A stretch of DNA of 64,000 nt from Bacteriovoracia bacterium (GTDB lineage: Bacteria > Bdellovibrionota > UBA1018 > JBFWNL01), in NCBI GenBank assembly GCA_050251055.1, contig JBFWNL010000005.1, forward strand, positions 226,451-290,450, read 5' to 3'. The stretch's first letter is position 1. Every line of letters starts with the position of its first letter. Position numbers and translations under genes: made by a program. Below the pieces are notes generated by a model. That model was not told the DNA's origin and ran no database searches. It was given only the letters and a program-made list of their open reading frames with translations. Shown piece after piece: positions 1 through 9,788 of this stretch.

Positions 1-1
1 A

Positions 2-169
2 GTTATGGATAAGCACCCAGAATTTCTAAAACCACTTGCAGAGCAAACAGCTTTTGGTCGAATTGGTTTGCCTGATGATCTTGGGAAGGTTATCGCCAAT
101 TTACTATCGGATGATTTTGGATGGGTTACCGCTCAGGATATTGAAGTTTCTGGCGGGCACTTACTCTAA
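2..169 (+). CDS. SDR-family oxidoreductase, C-terminal fragment (runs off window)
   Basis: Manual translation ..AEQTAFGRIGLPDDLGKVIANLLSDDFGWVTAQDIEVSGGHLL*, the typical SDR C-terminus (GR.G.P.D...ITGQ.I.VDGG-like). Confidence 0.85.
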   Translation, partial: VMDKHPEFLKPLAEQTAFGRIGLPDDLGKVIANLLSDDFGWVTAQDIEVSGGHLL

Positions 170-194
170 CCAAAATTGAATCATTTTGTCGTTT

Positions 195-234
195 AAAAGA
201 GAACCCAGAATCCTATGCGGACTTCTGGGTTCTC
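195..234 (-). terminator. Intrinsic terminator
   Basis: Perfect 12-bp inverted repeat GAGAACCCAGAA/TTCTGGGTTCTC with an A-run on the left (U-tail on minus strand). Confidence 0.75.
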
Positions 235-246
235 AAACTGATTATT

Positions 247-277
247 TGGTGGAGGCCAAGACTCGATTGTCGAACCC
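247..277 (-). repeat. Possible att remnant resembling the tmRNA 3' end
   Basis: TGGTGGAG (identical to 63268-63275) followed by GTCGAACCC, next to a terminator; spacing differs from the tmRNA (22 vs 17 nt). Confidence 0.45.
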
Positions 278-341
278 GGAGTTCCGCGCCCCCCAATGAC
301 GACCTAATTTACACCAAATACCCAAGCATTGTCACCTGGCT

Positions 342-1034
342 TCAGCCTGAGGTCACTAAGCGATAACCGACTCCTGGTTCGGTAACTATTAGCTCTGGAA
401 CCGACTCATCGACTTGGAGTTTCTTTCTAATCTGCCCCATGTACACTCGCAAATACTGAGTGTGCTCAACCGAGTTGGGTCCCCATACCGTGTTCAACAG
501 CATTCGATGGGTCACAACTTTTCCAGCATTGTCGACCAGAACTTTAAGTAGATCGTATTCGGTTGCGGTTAGCTTTATGAGCTTGCCTTTGACCTTTACC
601 GTATGGCCCGCACGATCTACTTCAAGGGGGCCTTCTTTGAATAAAGGAGTTCCTTGTCCCTCGTGAGCGTGTCTAAGTGCGACTCGTATTCGCGCCAGAA
701 GTTCGGGAACACTAAAAGGTTTCGTCAGATAGTCATCAGCCCCATGATCGAGAGCTTTCACTTTGTCTTCATCCGCGTCCTGAACTGTCAGGACGATGAT
801 CGGTATTTTGCTCCACTCCCGAAGCTCCCTTAAGACCTCGTGACCACTTCTATCAGGCAATCCAAGATCAAGAATAACAAGGTCAGGGCGGAACGCGATT
901 GCAGACTGAATACCCTCTTGTGCCGAGTGGGCTTCACCGACCTCATATTGACCGGATTCAAGACTTGCTCGTAAGAACTTACAGATAGAAGTCTCGTCAT
1001 CAATAACTAGGATTTTGCTTTTCACATTTTTCAT
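342..1034 (-). CDS. kdpE: KDP operon response regulator KdpE
   Basis: Receiver (ILDLGLPD) plus OmpR winged helix (YLRVYMGQIRKKL, TEPGVGYR); follows kdpD. Confidence 0.95.
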   Translation of the reverse strand: MKNVKSKILVIDDETSICKFLRASLESGQYEVGEAHSAQEGIQSAIAFRPDLVILDLGLPDRSGHEVLRELREWSKIPIIVLTVQDADEDKVKALDHGADDYLTKPFSVPELLARIRVALRHAHEGQGTPLFKEGPLEVDRAGHTVKVKGKLIKLTATEYDLLKVLVDNAGKVVTHRMLLNTVWGPNSVEHTQYLRVYMGQIRKKLQVDESVPELIVTEPGVGYRLVTSG

Positions 1035-3721
1035 GGTCTTCCCTCAAGCATATTGTTCGGGAGATCGGATGTCTTCAGTTCTATCGTAAATGTCGCACCC
1101 GTGCGATCGATTCGATTACCGGCAGCAATTGAACCGCCATGTGCGTCCACAATACTTTTAGCTATTGATAAACCAAGCCCAGTTCCTCCTGGGGGTGAAC
1201 CGGAAACACGATGAAATTTGTCAAAGATACGTCCAAGCTCCGCCTCTGGAATTCCTCTGCCCTCATCGGTAACTTCGATTTTTGCCTTTCCATCACTACC
1301 AGCTGTGGTAACTGTAATCTTCGTTCCTGGCTGAGAGTAGGTGACGGCGTTGACAAGCAAATTCGCGAGGCTGTGTTCAAGCAGGCGATCGTCGCCCTCA
1401 CAAAAGATGTCCTTTTGAGATAGTTTAAGTTCTAGTTTATGGTTTGAGAAGAGTCTCTCAGACCTTCGAGCCGTCACTCGAACAAGATCATTCAAATCAA
1501 ACAATTCTCGCTTAATAGTGAGCACCCCCGAACTGAGACGGGACATATCGAGAAGGTTTTCGACAACACGATTAAGACGGTCCGCCGATCCTACAAGCTC
1601 CTGAGTGAGCGTTAAACGAGCCTCTTCTCTTGCAGCTGTTGCTGGGTCCTGGAGGGCTGTTGAAGCACCGATGATGCTGGTAAGTGGAGTTCTGAGCTCA
1701 TGAGAAACAGAGTTAAGAATAGTTTGATGAAGTTTTTCCGATTCGCGAAGAAGGTTCGCTGACTGTGCCTGCTCCTCGAATCGACTACGCTCCAAAGTTA
1801 TTGCGAGTTGGTTTGCAATCGTATCAAGCAGGTTTTCTTGGTCTAACGAAAGGGTCAATTCCTTTTTAGAGAACAGAACTAAAACTCCCACTGGATGATT
1901 ACGCCCAAGGAGCGGTAAGCAGAGACACTTGCTTGATACGAGGGTGTCTGTTCCCTGGCCGGATTTCTTCTTATGAAGAAAACACCAAGTAGCAACAGCA
2001 AAGTCCTTCTCTGATAACTTGCTTGCTCCTATATTTATTGGATCATCTGTCAGTGTTCCTTCTGCTTTCTCGACGAGGATGGCTACCCTAGCATTAAATA
2101 GTCGCTCGATGCAGTTACTTGCGCGATTGGCGATCTGCTTTTCATCCTCCGCTTCGGCAAACTCTTTAGCAAGTTCGTAGAGAATATTAGAGCGATGCTC
2201 TCTTTGCATGAGGTCCGCTTCCTGTCTGCGTATTCTTTTGGTCAAGTATCCGGCCACAATGGCGACTACGAACAAGACCAAACACATCATGGCATCTTCT
2301 GGTTCAGAAATTACAAAGGTGTAAAGCGGGGGCATGAAAAAGAAATTCCACACGAGCGCACTTAATATTGCCGAGAATAGAATGGGACCAAAAGTAGAAA
2401 GAGATGCAACCACGAGCACCAGCAGAAGAAAAATAAATCCGACGGCACGATAGCCAATGTAGTCTTTAATGGCATAGCTAAAAAAAGCCACACCAAAGAA
2501 AAACCACAAAGTATTCCAGTAGGGGATAAAACCAGTTTCAATTTTGGGCCAGGGGAATTTGAACCCTCTGAACATGGGTTTTCGCTCTTGGCGAATCACA
2601 TGCACGTCAATTTCACTTGTTTCTCGAACGAGCTGGTCAAGCACCGTTCCTCTAGCTAGAAGATCGCGGAAAAACCTCCGATCCGGTCGCCCCATAACTA
2701 TCTGAGAGACATTCTTTTCCAGTGCAACTCGCTTGAGTGCATTGGAAATTCTCAAATCTCTCGTTGTGACAATCTCAGCCCCAAGCTCCTTTGCTAGATT
2801 GATATTTTTTTTCAAAGTCTCTCGGTCTTCTTCGTTGAGTCTTTCTCCAGTATCCACATAAAGCGCGATCCAAGGGGCTTCTAAATTATACGCTTTACGT
2901 CTTGCCGCGCGGATCAATCTTCCCGAATAAGGGCTATGACTGATTGCAACCATCAGCCTTTCGTTGGTCTTCCATGGTCCGACGATCCCCTTAACCGTCA
3001 TTGAATCCTTCAGCTCAGTGTCGACCTTTTCAGCGGTGAAACGAAGTGCTAGTTCCCTTAAGGCTGTTAAATTTTCTTCTTTAAAGAAGTTTTTTGCCGC
3101 TTGTTCTGCGCGTTCACCAAGATAGACCTTGCCCTCTTTCAGTCGTTTGAGCAGTTCTTGCGGTGAGAGGTCGATCAACTCAAGTTGGTTGGCAAACTCT
3201 AAAATTGAATCGGGGACGGTCTCTTTAATAGGAACGCCGGTAATCTTCTGAACTAAGTCAGCACGACTTTCTATGTGTTGAACATTGAGGGTTGTATATA
3301 CATTGATCCCAGAATTAAGAAGCTCTTCCACATCTTGGTATCTCTTGGGATGTCGGCTTCCGGGCGCATTCGTGTGTGCAAGTTCATCAACCAATACAAG
3401 GGGCGGCTTCTCTTTCAAAATGCGATCGATGTCCATTTCTTCAAAGACGGTGCCCTTGTATTCGATCTTTTTTCTTGGAATGATTTCCATGCCGTGAAGA
3501 AGAGATTCGGTATCTGCTCTTTTGTGGGTCTCTACCAGACCAACAGCTACTTTGACTCCAGATCGCATTTGCTCTTGAGCAGCCCTAAGCATGGAGTAGG
3601 TTTTACCGACACCTGGACACATACCAAAAAAGATACGCAGATGCCCTCGCTCCTTACGCTTCTCAGCTTTCTTAATTGAACTGAGGAGTTCATCTGGATT
3701 GGGTCTGCGATCTTGGCTCAT
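1031..3721 (-). CDS. kdpD: Sensor histidine kinase KdpD
   Basis: N-terminal KdpD domain (GMCPGVGKTY, VDELAHTN), Usp domain, 4 TM segments, SHELRTPLT H-box, GTGLGLSI. Confidence 0.97.
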   Translation of the reverse strand: MSQDRRPNPDELLSSIKKAEKRKERGHLRIFFGMCPGVGKTYSMLRAAQEQMRSGVKVAVGLVETHKRADTESLLHGMEIIPRKKIEYKGTVFEEMDIDRILKEKPPLVLVDELAHTNAPGSRHPKRYQDVEELLNSGINVYTTLNVQHIESRADLVQKITGVPIKETVPDSILEFANQLELIDLSPQELLKRLKEGKVYLGERAEQAAKNFFKEENLTALRELALRFTAEKVDTELKDSMTVKGIVGPWKTNERLMVAISHSPYSGRLIRAARRKAYNLEAPWIALYVDTGERLNEEDRETLKKNINLAKELGAEIVTTRDLRISNALKRVALEKNVSQIVMGRPDRRFFRDLLARGTVLDQLVRETSEIDVHVIRQERKPMFRGFKFPWPKIETGFIPYWNTLWFFFGVAFFSYAIKDYIGYRAVGFIFLLLVLVVASLSTFGPILFSAILSALVWNFFFMPPLYTFVISEPEDAMMCLVLFVVAIVAGYLTKRIRRQEADLMQREHRSNILYELAKEFAEAEDEKQIANRASNCIERLFNARVAILVEKAEGTLTDDPINIGASKLSEKDFAVATWCFLHKKKSGQGTDTLVSSKCLCLPLLGRNHPVGVLVLFSKKELTLSLDQENLLDTIANQLAITLERSRFEEQAQSANLLRESEKLHQTILNSVSHELRTPLTSIIGASTALQDPATAAREEARLTLTQELVGSADRLNRVVENLLDMSRLSSGVLTIKRELFDLNDLVRVTARRSERLFSNHKLELKLSQKDIFCEGDDRLLEHSLANLLVNAVTYSQPGTKITVTTAGSDGKAKIEVTDEGRGIPEAELGRIFDKFHRVSGSPPGGTGLGLSIAKSIVDAHGGSIAAGNRIDRTGATFTIELKTSDLPNNMLEGRP

Positions 3722-3724
3722 AAA

Positions 3725-4264
3725 CTAAAACCTCTCATCGAGTGCGAGGTTAAGTTTGAGGACATTGACCCGAGGTTCACCTAAGACGCCAAACTGACGC
3801 CCCTCAATAAACGATGCCACCAGCCTACGCAGCTCGGCGATGTGATTCTCCTCCAGATCCCTTGCCTTAGCAATTCTTTCCAGCTGAAGCATCGCGGCCT
3901 TTGGAGAAATATGAGGGTCTAAGCCACTTGCAGAGGCAAACAGAAGGTCATACTCCAATCCTTGCGCCTTTCTCTCGGCTACTTTGGACTGGAGGTCTTT
4001 ACTTGTCGGCCCGAGGTTTGTCCCTCCTGACGGCATTGGATTGTAATCAATTGCCGATGGGCGAGACCAAAAGTATTTTTCGCTCCTGAAACTCTGACCG
4101 ATGAGTTCTGATCCCACAGCCTTGCCGCTTCGTTCGATGAGAGAACCACCGACTTGTCGAGCGAAAAGAGCCTTGGCAATCCCGGTGACTGCAAGCGGAT
4201 AAATCACCCCGGTGAGAACTGTGAAAACTATAAGTAACCGAATTCCAATCAAAATGTTTTTCAT
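3725..4264 (-). CDS. kdpC: K+-transporting ATPase subunit C
   Basis: [40 protein letters not shown] motifs. Confidence 0.97.
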   Translation of the reverse strand: MKNILIGIRLLIVFTVLTGVIYPLAVTGIAKALFARQVGGSLIERSGKAVGSELIGQSFRSEKYFWSRPSAIDYNPMPSGGTNLGPTSKDLQSKVAERKAQGLEYDLLFASASGLDPHISPKAAMLQLERIAKARDLEENHIAELRRLVASFIEGRQFGVLGEPRVNVLKLNLALDERF

Positions 4265-6324
4265 ACAAGCCTCACAGCAACAAGAATAAAATCAATCAAT
4301 TTGATGCCAATGAATGGGGCGACTATTCCCCCCATCCCGTAAATCAAAAGATTCCTGCTTAAGAGTTGAGATGCGCCCAAAGCGCGGTATCGAACACCCC
4401 GTAATGCGAGGGGAATAAGAGCAACAATGACCAAGGCATTGAAAACTACCGCGCTCAAAATCGCCGACTGCGGGGAGTGAAGTCCCATCACATTGAGATT
4501 TGATAGAGGGCCTGCCTGCAGACTTTGAGTTGCATAGAGTGTCGCAAACAAAGCTGGGATGATAGCAAAGTATTTGGCAACATCATTGGCGACACTAAAC
4601 GTAGTGAGTGCCCCCCTTGTCATCAGTAGCTGTTTGCCCGTCTCGACAATTTCGATGAGCTTCGTCGGATTGCTATCGAGGTCGACCATATTGCCGGCTT
4701 CTCGTGCCGCCTGCGTCCCAGTGTTCATTGCAACGCCTACGTCAGCTTGGGCAAGTGCTGGAGCATCGTTTGTGCCATCACCAGTCATGGCGACCAAGTG
4801 ACCCTTGGCTTGCTCCTCACGAATTCGAGCGAGTTTAGTTTCTGGTGTGGCTTCGGCCATAAAATCATCGACGCCCGATTCGGCGGCAATAGATGCAGCG
4901 GTCAGTGGGTTGTCGCCAGTAATCATCACCGTTTTAATTCCCATGCGGCGAAGCTCAGCGAATCTTTCTTTTATACCGCCTTTAACAATGTCCTTGAGAA
5001 AAATAACCCCGAGGACTTTTTCATTCTCAGAAACCACAAGAGGCGTTCCTCCACTACGGGCTACCTTATCTACGCTATCTTTGACAGCACTTGGAACTTG
5101 TCCTTTCATTGCGGTGATATGCTTTTGAATGGCATCGAAAGCACCTTTGCGAATGACTTTGGCTCGATCGCCAACTTTCACATCAACGCCGCTCATGCGT
5201 GTTTGAGCCGTGAAGGGAACAAAGTCGAGATCGTGGGGTGTATGAGTTTGGCCTCGTAACCCGAACTTATCTTTGGCTAATATGACTATTGATCGGCCTT
5301 CGGGTGTTTCATCACTCAAAGATGCAAGCTGTGCTATTTCTCCAAGATACTTTGGCTCAACACCGGGAGCCGCCATAAATTCAGTAGCCATGCGATTGCC
5401 GAGCGTGATGGTCCCTGTTTTGTCGAGAAGTAGAACATCTATGTCACCAGCCGCCTCAACAGCGCGACCACTCGTGGCTATAACATTTTTTTGAATCAAT
5501 CTATCCATTCCACTAATACCGATCGCACTTAAAAGACCGCCTATGGTTGTTGGAATCAAACAAACAAGCAGTGCGATCAGTACAGGCACAGTGACAATCC
5601 CTGATAGGTCTTGTACCGCCGCCTGAGCCGAGTAGTCTGAGAAGAACTTGAGGGTGACGACTGCCAGCAGAAAAATGATTGTAAGACCAGATAGCAAAAT
5701 GCTGAGTGCAATTTCATTTGGTGTTTTTTGTCGCTTGGCCCCTTCAACGAGATGAATCATCCGGTCGAGAAAGCTATTCCCTTGAGCCGCTGTAATGCGA
5801 ATTTTAATGCGGTCACTTATGACCTTAGTTCCCCCAGTCACTGCACTTCGATCACCGCCACTTTCGCGAACAACAGGAGCAGATTCTCCTGTTATTGCAG
5901 ACTCATCGACCGTGCCGATCCCTTCAATAACCTCTCCGTCACCGGGGATGATGTCACCTGTTTCACAGACGACCACGTCACCAACTTTTAATTGGCTGGC
6001 ATTGATTTGAGTTTCTTTGTCGTCTTTAAGCAACCGAGCAACGGTGGTAGTACGAGTCTTTTTTAGACTCTCGGCCTGAGCTTTACCACGTCCTTCGGCA
6101 AGAGCTTCAGAAAAATTCGCAAAGAGGACGGTAAACCATAGCCAAATCGCAATTTGAATCTCAAAGGTAGTTGCTGATCCTGAGAGCAACGCTATCGTTG
6201 TGAGAGCCGCGCCGATTTCAGTGATAAACATCACGGGGTTTTTCACCTGCTCTCGTGGGTCAAGTTTTACAAACGAGTCCTTGATGGCCGTCAGCACGAG
6301 TTCTTTGTTTAAGAGTGTTGTCAT
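4261..6324 (-). CDS. kdpB: K+-transporting P-type ATPase subunit B
   Basis: [36 protein letters not shown]. Confidence 0.98.
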   Translation of the reverse strand: MTTLLNKELVLTAIKDSFVKLDPREQVKNPVMFITEIGAALTTIALLSGSATTFEIQIAIWLWFTVLFANFSEALAEGRGKAQAESLKKTRTTTVARLLKDDKETQINASQLKVGDVVVCETGDIIPGDGEVIEGIGTVDESAITGESAPVVRESGGDRSAVTGGTKVISDRIKIRITAAQGNSFLDRMIHLVEGAKRQKTPNEIALSILLSGLTIIFLLAVVTLKFFSDYSAQAAVQDLSGIVTVPVLIALLVCLIPTTIGGLLSAIGISGMDRLIQKNVIATSGRAVEAAGDIDVLLLDKTGTITLGNRMATEFMAAPGVEPKYLGEIAQLASLSDETPEGRSIVILAKDKFGLRGQTHTPHDLDFVPFTAQTRMSGVDVKVGDRAKVIRKGAFDAIQKHITAMKGQVPSAVKDSVDKVARSGGTPLVVSENEKVLGVIFLKDIVKGGIKERFAELRRMGIKTVMITGDNPLTAASIAAESGVDDFMAEATPETKLARIREEQAKGHLVAMTGDGTNDAPALAQADVGVAMNTGTQAAREAGNMVDLDSNPTKLIEIVETGKQLLMTRGALTTFSVANDVAKYFAIIPALFATLYATQSLQAGPLSNLNVMGLHSPQSAILSAVVFNALVIVALIPLALRGVRYRALGASQLLSRNLLIYGMGGIVAPFIGIKLIDFILVAVRLV

Positions 6325-6336
6325 ATAAATTTCTCC

Positions 6337-8028
6337 CTAAAATGCTCTTCCTGCCTGCATAAGAAAGTGTTCGACGATTGGACCCAACGCCAGAGCCGGA
6401 AAGAACGTAAGTCCACCAACAATGAGAACAACTCCAATGAGCAAAACAACAAACAGAGCATTGTCAGTCGTAAATGTACCAAATGATGGTGGCGCAGATT
6501 TTTTCAAGGCCATTGACCCTGCAATCGCGAGTGCTGGTACGATGACCGCAAATCGACCGATGAGCATACACACGCCGAGTGCGATGTTATAATAAGGGGT
6601 ATTTGCATTGAGACCCGCAAAGGCACTCCCATTGTTGCCTGCAGCGGATGAAAAGGCGTATAGTATTTCTGTCAGCCCATGAGGACCTTTATTGGTAAGG
6701 CTTGAGAGGGCAACAGGTAAGACAGCTGAAATACCCGATCCTACAAGGATCAATGCGCTCGGAGCGAGAATCGCAAGGATCACCATTTGAATTTCACGAG
6801 ATTCAATTTTCTTACCGAGGTACTCAGGAGTTCTTCCGACCATCAATCCTGCGAGAAAAACAGTTAGAAGGACAAAAAGAAGCATTCCATAGAGGCCAGC
6901 TCCGACACCACCAAAGATGATTTCACCTAGCATGATATTTGTGAGAGCAACTGCACCTGAAATCGGAGATAAAGACGAGTGCATCGAGTTTACTGAACCG
7001 TTTGAGGCGGCAGTAGTAAATACAGACCAAAGAACACTGTTCGTCACCCCGAACCGAGTCTCTTTGCCTTCCATAACTGACGAAGTGCCAAGGACAGGAT
7101 TTGCTGAGTATTCGGACCAAAGTGACAACCCCAGTCCTCCAATCAACAATAGTGACATTGCAAGAAAGATGACGATCCCCTGTCTGCGGGCCTTAACGAT
7201 GACTCCAAAAGTGTACGCAAGAGCAGTTGGGATCAAAAGAATTGCAATGAGTTGAAGCCAGTTTGAAAAGGGTGTCGGGTTCTCAAATGGGTGGGCACTG
7301 TTTGCATTGAAAAATCCACCACCATTTGTACCCAACTGCTTGATGGCAATTTGTGAAGCTGCCGGTCCCAATGGGATCGTTTGAGCCGCGCCCTCAAGAG
7401 TCGTCGACTGGACAGGATCAGCGAAAGTTTGGATCACGCCCTGACTTGTTAGTACGATGGCAAATACGACTGAAAGTGGAAGGAGAATGTATACCACTCC
7501 TCTTGTTAGATCGACCCAGAAATTGCCAACCTTGCCAGATGTATTTGGAGCAAGTCCCCTGGCCAAGGCCACCGCCACAGCGATGCCTGTTGAGGCACTC
7601 ACAAAATTCTGTACTGTAAGTCCCATCATCTGAGTGAGATAGCTCAACATAGTCTCGCCAGAGTAGGCTTGCCAGTTTGTATTCGTCATAAAACTAATCG
7701 CTGTATTGAAGGCTAAATGCCAAGAAACATTGGGTGCACCTGTAGGATTCAGAGTTAAGCTTCCCTGAAGTATTTGAAGAACAAACACCATCACAAATCC
7801 AAAGAAGTTAAACCACAAGAGAGCCTTTGCGTAACCACGCCATGACATTTCTTCGCGTTCCGACACTCCACCTAACTTATAGAGGAGAACTTCAAGCGGA
7901 CGCGCTACTCGGCTCAGGAGCGTTCGTTGTCCCTCAAAGACCTTTGCCATGTAGGTCCCGAGTATCGGCGTGCAAACCGCGAGTGTTACGAGAGTTATGA
8001 CTACTTGAAAAACATCAAACTTGTTCAT
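6337..8028 (-). CDS. kdpA: K+-transporting ATPase subunit A
   Basis: TNTNWQAYSGE, LGTNGGGFFNANSAHPFENP, SNGSVNSMH, NNGSAFAG. Confidence 0.98.
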   Translation of the reverse strand: MNKFDVFQVVITLVTLAVCTPILGTYMAKVFEGQRTLLSRVARPLEVLLYKLGGVSEREEMSWRGYAKALLWFNFFGFVMVFVLQILQGSLTLNPTGAPNVSWHLAFNTAISFMTNTNWQAYSGETMLSYLTQMMGLTVQNFVSASTGIAVAVALARGLAPNTSGKVGNFWVDLTRGVVYILLPLSVVFAIVLTSQGVIQTFADPVQSTTLEGAAQTIPLGPAASQIAIKQLGTNGGGFFNANSAHPFENPTPFSNWLQLIAILLIPTALAYTFGVIVKARRQGIVIFLAMSLLLIGGLGLSLWSEYSANPVLGTSSVMEGKETRFGVTNSVLWSVFTTAASNGSVNSMHSSLSPISGAVALTNIMLGEIIFGGVGAGLYGMLLFVLLTVFLAGLMVGRTPEYLGKKIESREIQMVILAILAPSALILVGSGISAVLPVALSSLTNKGPHGLTEILYAFSSAAGNNGSAFAGLNANTPYYNIALGVCMLIGRFAVIVPALAIAGSMALKKSAPPSFGTFTTDNALFVVLLIGVVLIVGGLTFFPALALGPIVEHFLMQAGRAF

Positions 8029-8038
8029 AGACGAACTC

Positions 8039-8122
8039 CTAAAACCTGTCCGGATTGAACATCGCGTACGTTAGATAGACCAAAATGATGACTGCAATAA
8101 TTCCTGCGATTGTAAAACCCAT
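8039..8122 (-). CDS. kdpF: KdpF small membrane peptide (27 aa, absent from ORF track)
   Basis: Manual translation MGFTIAGIIAVIILVYLTYAMFNPDRF*, matching the KdpF YL.YA...PE(D)RF signature, directly upstream of kdpA. Confidence 0.92.
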   Translation of the reverse strand: MGFTIAGIIAVIILVYLTYAMFNPDRF

Positions 8123-8130
8123 GTTTCACC

Positions 8131-9288
8131 TCAAATTTGAAAGAGCAGAGCCACTAATGCTGTTAGTTGTGATTTGCTCGTTCCCTTATTGTCTTTGAAT
8201 GCACTTTGATTAGAACTGTCGTGTCTGACTTCGCCCCGAACTTCGAGCGGTGCGGTCGGCTTTAATCCATAAGTCAATGTGCCACTTTGTATAGTTTGAG
8301 ACGGGCCACCAAGAGTGTAGCCGCTCTGGTCACGGTAGATTTCGTATCTAGGGCTAATGTATGAATTGGTAGATAGTTGATACTTTATGGCAGCACTGCC
8401 CCCGTACCATTCGGCGTCTTGCGTATTGCTACTGACCGCGTCTCTCTCTGATCCCGTCAGCAAATCAATCGCAATCTGGATGTCCTGTGAAAGATTCAAT
8501 GTGCCGTTGAAGTCGTGGACGATCTTCCATGCGCCTTCATTTTGGGTCCGCTCGGGTCCACCAATAAAGTTGTAGATTAAAACCAAGTTCGACGCGGGTG
8601 TGTATTTTAACTGTAGACCGAGTGTCTTCGATGAATTGTTGTCATAAATGGAGTTCCAGCCGTTATAGACATAAAGGCTTGTGGTCAATTCATTCGGGAT
8701 AGCCTCATAACCAAACCGAACACCTGTATGCCAGAAGGGCATTCCGTAAGCCATCAGCGTCGAGCGGGAGTATTGCCAGTTATCCTTGGCCTTCACGGTC
8801 TCAAGTCCGACATGAGTGTACATCTTGCCCATTTCTAGAGTGAATCGAGGCGCTATTGAGGGCCGGTAGGTAAGAACCGCTTGACCAATGTGCTTTGAAA
8901 CTTCATCTACCGTTGTCCCACTTGTCGAAGATGCAGTTGCATTCAGATCAGCAAAGGGTCCGAAGTCAAAATCAGTAGTCAAACTCACATCCTCATGCTT
9001 TGCCTTTACGGTGATCTCAATGAGGCTCAACGTGAGCTGATTGTGATAGTTGTCATAGTAGCGATAGGTGTTGTTACCGGCTGGAATTGCGGCATCACTT
9101 GGTGTCGCTGCATTCGGAGGAGTGACTGGCGGAGGGTTATTGAAGTTATATCCATAGTAACCATCAAAGTACCCAGACCACTCGATCTTTTTATCTGGCT
9201 CCGAAGCTAGAGCGACCTTTGAGGCCGAACTCGCTAAAAGCAACGCTATCGTAAGTATGCGCAGTTCCATATGTCCTCCGTCATACAT
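8131..9288 (-). CDS. Putative outer-membrane beta-barrel porin (DUF1597/BBP2-like), first gene of kdp operon
   Basis: Signal peptide, SGYFDGYYGYNFNNP, GKMYTHVGLE, PFWHTG, NGWN motifs, amphipathic strands. Confidence 0.8.
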   Translation of the reverse strand: MYDGGHMELRILTIALLLASSASKVALASEPDKKIEWSGYFDGYYGYNFNNPPPVTPPNAATPSDAAIPAGNNTYRYYDNYHNQLTLSLIEITVKAKHEDVSLTTDFDFGPFADLNATASSTSGTTVDEVSKHIGQAVLTYRPSIAPRFTLEMGKMYTHVGLETVKAKDNWQYSRSTLMAYGMPFWHTGVRFGYEAIPNELTTSLYVYNGWNSIYDNNSSKTLGLQLKYTPASNLVLIYNFIGGPERTQNEGAWKIVHDFNGTLNLSQDIQIAIDLLTGSERDAVSSNTQDAEWYGGSAAIKYQLSTNSYISPRYEIYRDQSGYTLGGPSQTIQSGTLTYGLKPTAPLEVRGEVRHDSSNQSAFKDNKGTSKSQLTALVALLFQI

Positions 9289-9304
9289 AGATTAGACGTT
9301 TGAA

Positions 9305-9355
9305 CATAAGGGCCGCATAAAAAGGACGGCGATCTGTATAAAGAAAAAATAAAGA
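9305..9355 (-). promoter_or_regulatory. Candidate KdpE binding boxes
   Basis: Minus-strand TCTTTAT-N4-TCTTTAT (9338-9355) and TTTATG/CTTATG pair (9305-9321), each with 11-bp spacing, similar to T-rich KdpE direct repeats. Confidence 0.6.
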
Positions 9356-9380
9356 TTCACCGCCCTGATGGGCTGGTCTT

Positions 9381-9764
9381 TTATTCAAGACCAAGGTCGC
9401 CTTCAATTTCGTACACCCTAAAATCTTTCGTTTTTGCAAAAAGTGCGTCTTCTTTTAGATCAATTCCGTTTGCCCTTCTAAATCTTACGAATCGTTCCAT
9501 CACACGGGTGTTAAAGTCCTCGCTTAGGCCACCTTCCTTGAGCAGGTCCGCGATGTATCCGTCCATTGCCACGCCATACTCTGCTAAACGATTCACAAGG
9601 AATGTAAAGGCAAGAATAAGATCGAACTCGACAACAGCTACCCCTGTTTCCAAATCCGGAGTTTCAAACACCAAAATTGGATATTTTGTTTTTCGGTTGG
9701 CAACCAGAATTTTGCTCAACATTGGCACATCTATGCCCTTATGTTCTTTGTATTCTTGAAACAT
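9381..9764 (-). CDS. Hypothetical protein
   Basis: 127-aa ORF with AGAGGAG RBS, downstream of serine recombinase. Confidence 0.7.
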   Translation of the reverse strand: MFQEYKEHKGIDVPMLSKILVANRKTKYPILVFETPDLETGVAVVEFDLILAFTFLVNRLAEYGVAMDGYIADLLKEGGLSEDFNTRVMERFVRFRRANGIDLKEDALFAKTKDFRVYEIEGDLGLE

Positions 9765-9788
9765 GAAATCTCCTCTTGTTATGGTTGA

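Noticed and set aside
247-290. tRNA gene
   Set aside because: Only the CCA end and a T-loop-like word are present; no cloverleaf can be built
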